Source: an uncultured Sphingobacteriales bacterium (lineage in GTDB: Bacteria > Bacteroidota > Bacteroidia > CAILMK01 > CAYYUA01). Taken from it: DNA of 64,000 nt. Positions within the stretch are counted from its first letter, which is position 1; every line of letters begins with the position of its first letter. Location: positions 10,669 to 74,668 of the forward strand of contig CAZQQN010000011.1 of NCBI GenBank assembly GCA_964595485.1, written 5' to 3'. Both the position numbers and the translations under genes were made by a program. The notes below the pieces were generated by a model. That model saw only the letters and a program-made list of their open reading frames with translations. It did not search any database and was not told the DNA's origin. Below, in pieces: positions 56,046-63,987 of this stretch.

Positions 56046-56960
56046 TTGGCTTTGGCGAAATATTCAATAAAGGATCTGGAATTTATATCGGGCATTAAAG
56101 CTCACACGCTCCGTATTTGGGAGCAGCGTCATCACATTTTGGAACCCAAAAGATCTGATACCAACATCCGATACTACACGGATGAAGACTTGAAATACCT
56201 GTTAAATGTAACGTTGCTCTATAACAACAATTACAAAATCTCCAAAATAGCTAAATGGGCACCAGAAGATATTGCGGAAAAAGCTTTTCAGCTTTCAGAA
56301 AATACATATGATCACAATAGCCAGATCAATGCCCTAACCATTTCCATGATTGAAATGGATGAAGAAAGGTTTGAGAAGTTGCTATCTACCAATATTTTAC
56401 AGGTTGGATTTGAAAAGACGATGCTCAATTTTATCCATCCTTTTCTAAGGAAAATTGGTATTTTATGGCAGACCGGGGCGATTAATCCTGCCCATGAACA
56501 TTTTATTAGCCATTTAATCAGGCAAAAGATCATAGTGGCTATTGACGGGCAGGTTATTCCAAATCATCCTGATGCCAAGAAATTTTTGCTTTATTTGCCT
56601 GAAGGGGAAAACCATGAAATTGGGCTCTTATTTGCCAATTATGTTGTAAAAAGTCGTGAAAACAAAGTGGTGTATTTAGGAGACAATGTTCCCCTGGCAG
56701 ATGTAGAGGCTGTTTATAAATTTCATCAGCCAGATTACGTTATTTCCCTTTTTACTTCAAAACCTGTGAAAGATGAACTGCAGGGTTATATCAACGAATT
56801 ATCAAATTTGCTCTCGGATGCAACCATTTTATTAAGTGGCTACCAATGTTTTCATAACGAGGTCAATCTCCCGGAAAATACAATGATAATCAATTCCTTT
56901 GAAGAATTGATCGAATTTACGTCCAAGCATACTGTCCCCGAGGCTTCTTCCAATCAATAA
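56046..56960 (+). CDS. MerR-family transcriptional regulator with CarH/LitR-type AdoB12-binding photoreceptor domain
   Basis: 304 aa. N-terminal MerR HTH (YSIKDLEFISGIKAHTLRIWEQR). W141-x9-E151-H152 (WQTGAINPAHEH, 56466-56501) and E188-x-H190-x-x-G193 (ENHEIG, 56607-56624). TTG start with no in-frame ATG nearby. Confidence 0.8.
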   Translation: MALAKYSIKDLEFISGIKAHTLRIWEQRHHILEPKRSDTNIRYYTDEDLKYLLNVTLLYNNNYKISKIAKWAPEDIAEKAFQLSENTYDHNSQINALTISMIEMDEERFEKLLSTNILQVGFEKTMLNFIHPFLRKIGILWQTGAINPAHEHFISHLIRQKIIVAIDGQVIPNHPDAKKFLLYLPEGENHEIGLLFANYVVKSRENKVVYLGDNVPLADVEAVYKFHQPDYVISLFTSKPVKDELQGYINELSNLLSDATILLSGYQCFHNEVNLPENTMIINSFEELIEFTSKHTVPEASSNQ

Positions 56961-57322
56961 TAAAGTTGATCTCACCTGAGCCTCCTTTTTACCACTTTAA
57001 ATAATTAGTAGCCTTTACTTATCCATCACCTGGGTTTAAGTTTCTTCTTGAGCTCTTTTTTTTCGTCAATGTTGAACCAATAGGGCCGGTTGGAATTAAC
57101 ATTTAGCCAACCCTGTTCTGTAAACTGGCTTTGTTTAAAAATAAAAAAAGAGTTTTTAAACAAGTAATAAAAAGTAGAGCTGTTTAAATTAACAGGGGGC
57201 TATTTAAAACATTTTCTAAAAGATTCAGTAAAAATTGTCCTTTTAAAAGAATTTGAAGGGTGTTTTCAGCTAAAGTAGTTATTTTATGTTTAAAAGTTTA
57301 TTTAAAAATTTAAACAAAATTT

Positions 57323-57353
57323 TTTGTGATTTTGCGATTCTTTCGTAAGTTTG
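57323..57353 (+). promoter_or_regulatory. candidate full Bacteroidota sigma-A promoter for the ECF-sigma/crt operon
   Basis: -33 TTTG (57323-57326), 19-nt spacer, -7 TAAGTTTG (57346-57353). Ends 30 nt upstream of ATG 57384. Confidence 0.5.
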
Positions 57354-57383
57354 CATGGCAATAAACATAAAAATTGTTTAAAA

Positions 57384-57902
57384 ATGACTGTAACAGAATT
57401 TAACACTCGGGTCGTTGACTTTGTCGAAAACATGGAACCCATTGCCCTTAACCTTACCAAGGATTTTGAAGATGCAAGGGACCTATTACAGGAAACCATG
57501 TACAAAGCTTTTACAAATCGTGATAAATTTAAGGATGGGACCAACCTCAAGGCTTGGCTTTACACGATTATGAAAAATATCTTTATCAATAATTACCGGC
57601 GTCAAAAGAAAAAGAATACCATAATTGATACCACCGATAATTTCAATTATGTTAACTTAGCGGGTAATGATTTGCCTAATGAAGGTGAATCAGAAATGAA
57701 CTTGGAAGATATTTACAAGGCTATTAACAAATTGAACTTTTCTTATCGTAAACCATTTTTAATGCATTACAAAGGTTTTAAATATGAAGAGATTGCTGAT
57801 GAGTTAGCAATTCCTGTTGGTACTGTTAAAAGCCGTATTCATCTGGCAAGGAAGCAACTCAAGAAACAATTGCCAATGTTTGAAAATTTTAATGAACGAT
57901 AA
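57384..57902 (+). CDS. ECF-type RNA polymerase sigma factor
   Basis: 172 aa from ATG 57384. Region 2 (DLLQETMYKAF, NLKAWLYTIMKNIFINNYRR) and region 4 (YEEIADELAIPVGTVKSRIHLARKQL). crtI starts 12 nt downstream. No adjacent anti-sigma gene was recognised. Confidence 0.85.
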   Translation: MTVTEFNTRVVDFVENMEPIALNLTKDFEDARDLLQETMYKAFTNRDKFKDGTNLKAWLYTIMKNIFINNYRRQKKKNTIIDTTDNFNYVNLAGNDLPNEGESEMNLEDIYKAINKLNFSYRKPFLMHYKGFKYEEIADELAIPVGTVKSRIHLARKQLKKQLPMFENFNER

Positions 57903-57914
57903 GTTTCCGATCAT

Positions 57915-59399
57915 TTGCCTAAAAAAGCTTTAGTAGTAGGAGCAGGTCTGGGCGGTTTAGCAACTGCCCTTAGGCTTGTTTCAAGAGGTTATAGCGTACA
58001 AATTTTAGAACAATACCATCAAGCAGGTGGACGCCTGAATATGCTTGAAAAGGATGGCTTCCGGTTTGACCTGGGGCCGTCCTTTTTCAGCATGCGTTAC
58101 GAATTCGAAGAACTCTTTAAAGATTGTGGTGTAGAAAATCCGTTAACTTTAGAAGAATTAAATCCTGTTTACACCGTAAACTTTTCTCACCTTAATAAAT
58201 CCATTCGGGTTTACAAAGACTTGGAAAACCTTGCCCAAGAGGTAAAAAACCTTGAACCGGACTTTTACAATCGGGCGGTTAGATACCTTGATAAAGCACA
58301 GACTATTTTTGAAGATACGGAATACCGTGTCATCAAGAAAAACTTCAACTCTTTAGCAGATTATTTATTTCAGTTGACCAAAGTACCCTGGCAGCATGCC
58401 CCCATGATGTTCAGATCTATGTGGAAAGAGCTCTCAAGGCATTTTGAAGCTGAAGAAGTAAAAATTATTTTTTCTCTGGTTGCTTTTTTCCTTGGTTCTA
58501 CACCTTTTGATACCCCGGCTGTGTATAGTCTCTTAAACTATACAGAACTCAAGCATGACGGCTATTGGAATGTAAAAGGAGGGATGTATGAAATTGTTAC
58601 CAGTATAGTTAAATTATTAGAAGAACGGGATGTAAAAATTCATTACAATACAAGGATCGAGAATTTCGTGAAGGGAGAAGATGACCTGAAAGCCGTTGTA
58701 GATCAGCACCATCAACGATGGGAAGCGGATTTTTTTGTGGTGAATGCCGATGCTGCTGCTTTTAGGGGAAAAGTATTCAATAAGCCAAGTTTCTCAGAAG
58801 AAAAATTGGATAAATATCACTGGACATTGGCACCATTCACTATATACCTTGGCGTGAATGGTAAGCTGGATAACCTGGATCACCACAATTATTTTCTTGG
58901 TAGTAATTTTAAAAACTATGCGGCTACTATCTTCAATGCCTCGGAAGCCCCGGAGCACCCCTATTATTATGTAAGTGTAAACTCGAGATCCAACCCAGAA
59001 ACAGCGCCTGAGGGTTGTGAAAATATTTTTATTCTATGCCCGGTGCCTGATTTGAGGCACAAACCTAAGTGGGACGATGCAGGTAAGTTAACTGATAATA
59101 TTGTAAAAGATTTGGCCCAAAGAACGGGTTTTCCAATTCAGGAAAACATAATCACCCAATCAGTATGGAATCCGATTGATTGGCAGGAAGCATTTGATTT
59201 GTACAAAGGAAGCGGATTAGGGCTAGCTCATGATATGAACCAAATCGGGGGTTTCAGGCCTTCCAACAAAGATGAGGATTTTAATAATGTTTATTATACC
59301 GGTGCTTCAACGCTTCCTGGTACGGGTTTGCCAATTGTGGTTATAAGTTCTAAATTAACTACTGAAAAAATTACTATCGATCATGGAGCCATTGTATAA
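57915..59399 (+). CDS. crtI: phytoene desaturase
   Basis: 494 aa. FAD fold ALVVGAGLGGLATA and C-terminal YYTGASTLPGTGLP. Overlaps crtB by 17 nt. TTG start. Confidence 0.85.
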   Translation: MPKKALVVGAGLGGLATALRLVSRGYSVQILEQYHQAGGRLNMLEKDGFRFDLGPSFFSMRYEFEELFKDCGVENPLTLEELNPVYTVNFSHLNKSIRVYKDLENLAQEVKNLEPDFYNRAVRYLDKAQTIFEDTEYRVIKKNFNSLADYLFQLTKVPWQHAPMMFRSMWKELSRHFEAEEVKIIFSLVAFFLGSTPFDTPAVYSLLNYTELKHDGYWNVKGGMYEIVTSIVKLLEERDVKIHYNTRIENFVKGEDDLKAVVDQHHQRWEADFFVVNADAAAFRGKVFNKPSFSEEKLDKYHWTLAPFTIYLGVNGKLDNLDHHNYFLGSNFKNYAATIFNASEAPEHPYYYVSVNSRSNPETAPEGCENIFILCPVPDLRHKPKWDDAGKLTDNIVKDLAQRTGFPIQENIITQSVWNPIDWQEAFDLYKGSGLGLAHDMNQIGGFRPSNKDEDFNNVYYTGASTLPGTGLPIVVISSKLTTEKITIDHGAIV

Positions 59400-60219
59400 C
59401 CGAGTTTCTTTTCTTTGTAGCAAGGCGGTTACACAATCCTACAGTACTTCCTTTACTCTTGGCATCAAAACCTTGGATAAGAAGTTTCATAGCCCGATTT
59501 ACGCTATTTACGGCTTTGTTCGGCTTGCTGATGAAATTGTGGATACCTTTCATGATCACAACAAAGCGGATTTAATCCACGAGTTTGAAAAAGATACTTA
59601 CAAAGCCGTTAATCAGGGTATTAGCCTTAATCCCGTGTTACAATCCTTTCAAGATATTGTGAACAAATATAGCATTCCTGATCACTTTATTGACGCTTTT
59701 CTCCATAGCATGAAAATGGACTTGAATTATACATACTATGATTCTAACAACTTTGACGAATACATTTACGGTTCAGCGGAAGTGGTAGGCCTAATGTGTT
59801 TAAAGATTTTTTGCCAAGGAAATGAGAAAAGGTACCAAGAACTTAAAGGTCCTGCCAGAAGTCTGGGCGCTGCTTTTCAAAAGGTTAACTTTCTAAGGGA
59901 CATGAGAAGTGATTATTATGAGCGAGGTCGCATCTATTTTCCCGGCGTAGTTTTTGACCATTTTGACAATGCCACGAAACAAGCAATCGAAAAGGATATC
60001 GAGAAAGACTTTGACGATGCTTACAAAGGGATCTTGCAATTGCCTTCAAATGCCAGGTTAGGTGTGTACATGGCTTACGTTTATTACAGGAATTTGTTCA
60101 AAAAGATCAAAAAAGTGCCCGCATCAGAAGTAATGGCTAAACGTGTTCGGGTACCGGATTCAGTGAAAGCTTTATTAATGGTTCGCTCTTACCTTCAAAA
60201 TGTTTTTAACTTTATCTGA
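59383..60219 (+). CDS. crtB: phytoene synthase
   Basis: 278 aa. SQS/PSY blocks YGFVRLADEIVD (first Asp-rich motif), YIYGSAEVVGLM and NFLRDMRSDY (second motif). Confidence 0.9.
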   Translation: MEPLYNRVSFLCSKAVTQSYSTSFTLGIKTLDKKFHSPIYAIYGFVRLADEIVDTFHDHNKADLIHEFEKDTYKAVNQGISLNPVLQSFQDIVNKYSIPDHFIDAFLHSMKMDLNYTYYDSNNFDEYIYGSAEVVGLMCLKIFCQGNEKRYQELKGPARSLGAAFQKVNFLRDMRSDYYERGRIYFPGVVFDHFDNATKQAIEKDIEKDFDDAYKGILQLPSNARLGVYMAYVYYRNLFKKIKKVPASEVMAKRVRVPDSVKALLMVRSYLQNVFNFI

Positions 60220-60279
60220 TTAATTGGTATATACGCAATCCCTATTACTTTCGTGTTAATTTGATAATAATGTTGATTA

Positions 60280-60870
60280 ATGTTTAAAAATACATTTCCT
60301 ATTCAACCCGTAATGAATGCTTTTAGCAAATCTAAGTTTCTTAGAGTTGTCATCTTTACTACGGCTTCGGCAATTTTAATGGTTCTAACAGCGATGAGTG
60401 GTGATGAAGCATTGGAAAAGCAACAAATGCGGAAATGGTTCATGGCCTCCATTGATAGTAAGGATACAGCATACACCTTCCACAATAAAATGAAAGGGTA
60501 TGAAGGTGATAAACCGTTAATGATAGGCTACAAAGGTGCCTCTAAAGCGTTTTTGGCCAGGTACGCGTGGAATCCTGTCAATAAAATGAACTTTCTTGAA
60601 AATGGTATGAAACTGGTAGATCGTTCCATTGGTAAGGACCCTAACGATATTGAGCTACGTTTTATTCGCCTCTCGATCACTTACTACTTACCGGATTTCT
60701 TAGGCTACGGTGACCATATAAATGACGATAAAAGGGTTATCATGGGGCAACTAAAGCAGGATTCAGTCCTTTCTAAACCAGCACAAGTTAAAAAAGTGAT
60801 TATTGAATTCCTCTTGGATTCTGATCTTTGCAGTGAAAAGGAAAAAGAAAGGTTGAAAGACATGACCTGA
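60280..60870 (+). CDS. hypothetical membrane-anchored protein embedded in the crt operon
   Basis: 196 aa. One N-terminal hydrophobic segment (FLRVVIFTTASAILMVLTAM), then a helical-looking soluble domain with no motif I recognise. Its stop overlaps the crtY start (TGATG). Confidence 0.6.
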   Translation: MFKNTFPIQPVMNAFSKSKFLRVVIFTTASAILMVLTAMSGDEALEKQQMRKWFMASIDSKDTAYTFHNKMKGYEGDKPLMIGYKGASKAFLARYAWNPVNKMNFLENGMKLVDRSIGKDPNDIELRFIRLSITYYLPDFLGYGDHINDDKRVIMGQLKQDSVLSKPAQVKKVIIEFLLDSDLCSEKEKERLKDMT

Positions 60871-61538
60871 TGTATACTTACTTATTGCTAAATGGTTTAA
60901 CTCTGTTTTTTCCGGTTGCTCTATCCTTTGACGCAAAAGTGTATTACTTTGGTAAGTGGAAAGCTGCATTTTTAGGGCTTTTGCCTGCTGCTATCTTCTT
61001 CATCATATGGGATATTTGGTTCACTGAAGCAGGTATTTGGCATTTCAACCCGGATTACGTGGTAGGGCTTTCATTCCTTAAACTACCTTTGGAGGAGTGG
61101 TTGTTCTTTGTTACTGTTCCGTTTGCTAACCTTTTTATCTATGAGGTTTTGATCTGCTACCTGGGGCCAGATTGGTTTCGGAAAGCCGGCCAGTTTTTTT
61201 TACCTATAGCAGCCTTTGTTTTGCTTATCATAGGTTTTTTTAATATAAACAATCTTTATACTGGTTTTACTTTTGGGGTTACAGCCGGCTGGTTATTGCT
61301 TAATTATTTCTGGCTGAAACCCTTCTATATTGGCATGTTCTGGATGGCTTACCTTGTTCATCTAATCCCATTTGGAGTTGTCAACGGTATACTGACTGCA
61401 TGGCCGGTTGTCATTTACAACAATGCTGAAAACCTAAGTCTAAGGGTAGGTACAATACCGATTGAAGACAGCATATATTCATTGTTATTATTTCTCATGT
61501 GTGTCAATGCTTATGAGTACCTAAAAGGCAGATTGTAA
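60870..61538 (+). CDS. crtY: lycopene cyclase, fused heterodimeric CrtYc/CrtYd type (lycopene-cyclase-domain protein)
   Basis: 222 aa polytopic membrane protein with two repeats carrying the (P)xEE(x)xF-type block (LPLEEWLFFVTVP; second half IPIEDSIYSLLLF). Located in the crt operon. Confidence 0.75.
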   Translation: MYTYLLLNGLTLFFPVALSFDAKVYYFGKWKAAFLGLLPAAIFFIIWDIWFTEAGIWHFNPDYVVGLSFLKLPLEEWLFFVTVPFANLFIYEVLICYLGPDWFRKAGQFFLPIAAFVLLIIGFFNINNLYTGFTFGVTAGWLLLNYFWLKPFYIGMFWMAYLVHLIPFGVVNGILTAWPVVIYNNAENLSLRVGTIPIEDSIYSLLLFLMCVNAYEYLKGRL

Positions 61539-61580
61539 ACTTTTGTTTTATTCATTTGTTTTTTGGTCAAATTCTTTCAA

Positions 61581-62426
61581 ATGTCAAACCTTGACGTAAC
61601 AGTAGATCAAAATTCTGGCTTTTGTTTTGGCGTAGTGTACGCTATTGAACTGGCAGAAGCCATGCTGGATGAGCAGGGGTATCTTTATAGTCTTGGCGAC
61701 ATTGTTCACAATGATGAGGAGGTTAGGCGATTAAGAGAAAAAGGCTTGATAACAATTCAGCAAGATCAATTATGGAATATTGAAAACGATAAGGTTTTGA
61801 TTAGGGCTCACGGAGAGCCTCCTGAAACCTATGAGATAGCGAAACGGAACAACATTGAATTGATAGATGCCTCCTGCCCGGTGGTGTTAAAGCTTCAGAA
61901 CAGAATACGAAATTCCTACGATAAAGATGAACCGGTTTACATTTACGGTAAGCCCGGTCATGCGGAAATAATCGGTCTAAAAGGTCAAACGAACAACGAT
62001 GCCGTGGTTTTTCAAAGTATAGACGAACTGGACATTGAGCAGATGCCATCCACTATAACATTGTACAGTCAAACCACAAAAAATCCCAAGGATTTCTGGT
62101 CAATCAAAGAGACACTGGAAGCCAAAGGTATCACGGTGAATGCCCATGACTCGATCTGTCGGCAAGTTTCAAATAGAGATCAAGGTTTGATTGATTTTGC
62201 CGGCACCTATGATAAAGTTGTTTTTGTGGCTGGTAAAAAGTCCTCCAATGGCAAGGTGTTGTATGAACTCTGCAGAGAAGTGAATCCCAATACCTATTTT
62301 GTCTCTGCTAAGGAAGAGATTGATAATAACTGGTTTGAAGAAGGCGAAACTATCGGCGTGTGCGGAGCTACTTCAACCCCGCAGTGGTTAATGGAAGAGG
62401 TTAAATCCAATATTGAAAACCTCTGA
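61581..62426 (+). CDS. ispH: 4-hydroxy-3-methylbut-2-enyl diphosphate reductase
   Basis: SGFCFGVVYAI (Cys 1), DASCPVV (Cys 2), AHDSICRQV (Cys 3), SSNG block. ATG 61581 is preferred over the upstream start of the ORF track. Confidence 0.9.
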   Translation: MSNLDVTVDQNSGFCFGVVYAIELAEAMLDEQGYLYSLGDIVHNDEEVRRLREKGLITIQQDQLWNIENDKVLIRAHGEPPETYEIAKRNNIELIDASCPVVLKLQNRIRNSYDKDEPVYIYGKPGHAEIIGLKGQTNNDAVVFQSIDELDIEQMPSTITLYSQTTKNPKDFWSIKETLEAKGITVNAHDSICRQVSNRDQGLIDFAGTYDKVVFVAGKKSSNGKVLYELCREVNPNTYFVSAKEEIDNNWFEEGETIGVCGATSTPQWLMEEVKSNIENL

Positions 62427-62468
62427 TCCCATCCTGCTGTTAAGTTCGAAAATTAAAAATGCAAGTTC

Positions 62469-63173
62469 TTGAAGGCAGACCAATTTCCATTGTATCAAAA
62501 GCACTTTGGGGCCTTAATAGGTGCCTCCATTATAATCATTTGGGGTTCTCTGCTAACCTTGAATTTTTCATACCCAATTACGTTTACTGATCCCATCGTA
62601 TTGGTTTTAATGCTGTTACAAACCCATCTTTTCACAGGGCTTTTTATTACGGCTCATGATGCCATGCATGGCACAGTTTCTCCCAACAGAAAACTTAACC
62701 ATTTCATAGGATGGCTAGCTGCGGGCTTGTTTGCTTTTAACTATTACCCTAAACTTTCCCAAAACCATTATAAGCATCATGGTTGGGTAGCCCAGGAAAC
62801 AGACCCTGATTACCATGATGGCCCATTCTGGGTTTGGTATTATCACTTTCTGAAAAATTACATTGGTATTATCCAAATTATTTTAATGGCTGTGACTTAT
62901 AACGTCCTTGAGTTTTTCATTCCGGAAAGCAATATTCTTTTATTCTGGGTAATTCCGAGTATTCTGAGCACCCTTCAGCTGTTTTATTTTGGCACTTATG
63001 TTCCGCATAAACAACCGGAAACCCGTGGTAATCGTCATAAATCCGGTACGCAAAGCACAAACCACATTTGGGCTTTTCTCACCTGTTACTTTTTTGGCTA
63101 CCATTATGAACACCATGAATACCCGGCTATGCCTTGGTGGTTGCTCTACAAAACCAAGAATGAGGAAAGCTAG
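62469..63173 (+). CDS. crtW: beta-carotene 4-ketolase (CrtW-type di-iron membrane oxygenase)
   Basis: 234 aa. The three His boxes AHDAMHG, HYKHH and HYEHHEYP, plus WVIPSILSTLQLFYFGTYVPH, are collinear with Paracoccus CrtW as I recall it. TTG start. Confidence 0.85.
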   Translation: MKADQFPLYQKHFGALIGASIIIIWGSLLTLNFSYPITFTDPIVLVLMLLQTHLFTGLFITAHDAMHGTVSPNRKLNHFIGWLAAGLFAFNYYPKLSQNHYKHHGWVAQETDPDYHDGPFWVWYYHFLKNYIGIIQIILMAVTYNVLEFFIPESNILLFWVIPSILSTLQLFYFGTYVPHKQPETRGNRHKSGTQSTNHIWAFLTCYFFGYHYEHHEYPAMPWWLLYKTKNEES

Positions 63174-63199
63174 TATTTTTTTAATTTAAACGGAAAGCC

Positions 63200-63646
63200 A
63201 TGGCTTCGGAGGTTGAAAATAAATGGCGCATAAACCGCGAAAAAAATGCAGCGGTTAGACAATTAGCCGAGTTTGCTTTTGCGGATCAGCAGTCTAAAGA
63301 AGTAGAGATCCGTTTTGAGGAGCCCTGTTGCATAGAATGTTATGCCAATGGGACTCTATGGGTAGCAGATGAAAAGGTCTGGGATAAGCCGGAGAAGATA
63401 TGGCAGATTGTTTATAAGTTAAGGGATTGGCTGAACAAACATCATCCTCAATACCTGGATAAGGTTGATGAATGGGAAGCAAAAGATAAAGAAGCAGCAC
63501 GTAAAGCGCGCCTGGCAAAAATTATGGGAGCCATCGGTAATAACCTTGATGACCTCCCGGAATTAAAGGACGAAATTGTGAAACTGGGCAGAATGATAGA
63601 ATCAGGGGAAGAAATTCAATCGTATTGTCGACAATTCGGGGGCTGA
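63200..63646 (+). CDS. hypothetical cytoplasmic protein, last gene of the crt operon
   Basis: 148 aa with no TM or signal peptide and coding-like composition. 26 nt after crtW on the same strand. No motif recognised (EEPCCIECYANG; basic/acidic helical C-half). Confidence 0.55.
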   Translation: MASEVENKWRINREKNAAVRQLAEFAFADQQSKEVEIRFEEPCCIECYANGTLWVADEKVWDKPEKIWQIVYKLRDWLNKHHPQYLDKVDEWEAKDKEAARKARLAKIMGAIGNNLDDLPELKDEIVKLGRMIESGEEIQSYCRQFGG

Positions 63647-63979
63647 CCAAGACTAAGCTTCACAGGCCTAAAATAAGTGAGTAGCGTGTTCAAACCGTTT
63701 GTTAATATTGTCCTCATTGGCAATTTTTGCTTATAAACTAAGGAATAAGGGCTATCCACACAATTATTGACTGTCGCATTTTCATTGGGAAATGCCTCCC
63801 CGGCTTCAGTTTTAAGGTCCCATTTACTTTTTTGTCTGTTTACCTGAAAGCTTTTACTGAAATTAAACTGCCTTTTTTACAATTCGCTTGACATGCTATC
63901 GTTATACCTTCAATAATGCTTGAAAGACTGGTAAATGGAAAGAAAGCAACTGCGTTTAACGGGTTTGGCATTGATCCAG

Positions 63980-63987
63980 TATATTTG
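63980..63987 (+). promoter_or_regulatory. candidate -7 box for a gene beyond the window end
   Basis: TATATTTG, 13 nt from the window end. No target gene is visible. Confidence 0.25.
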
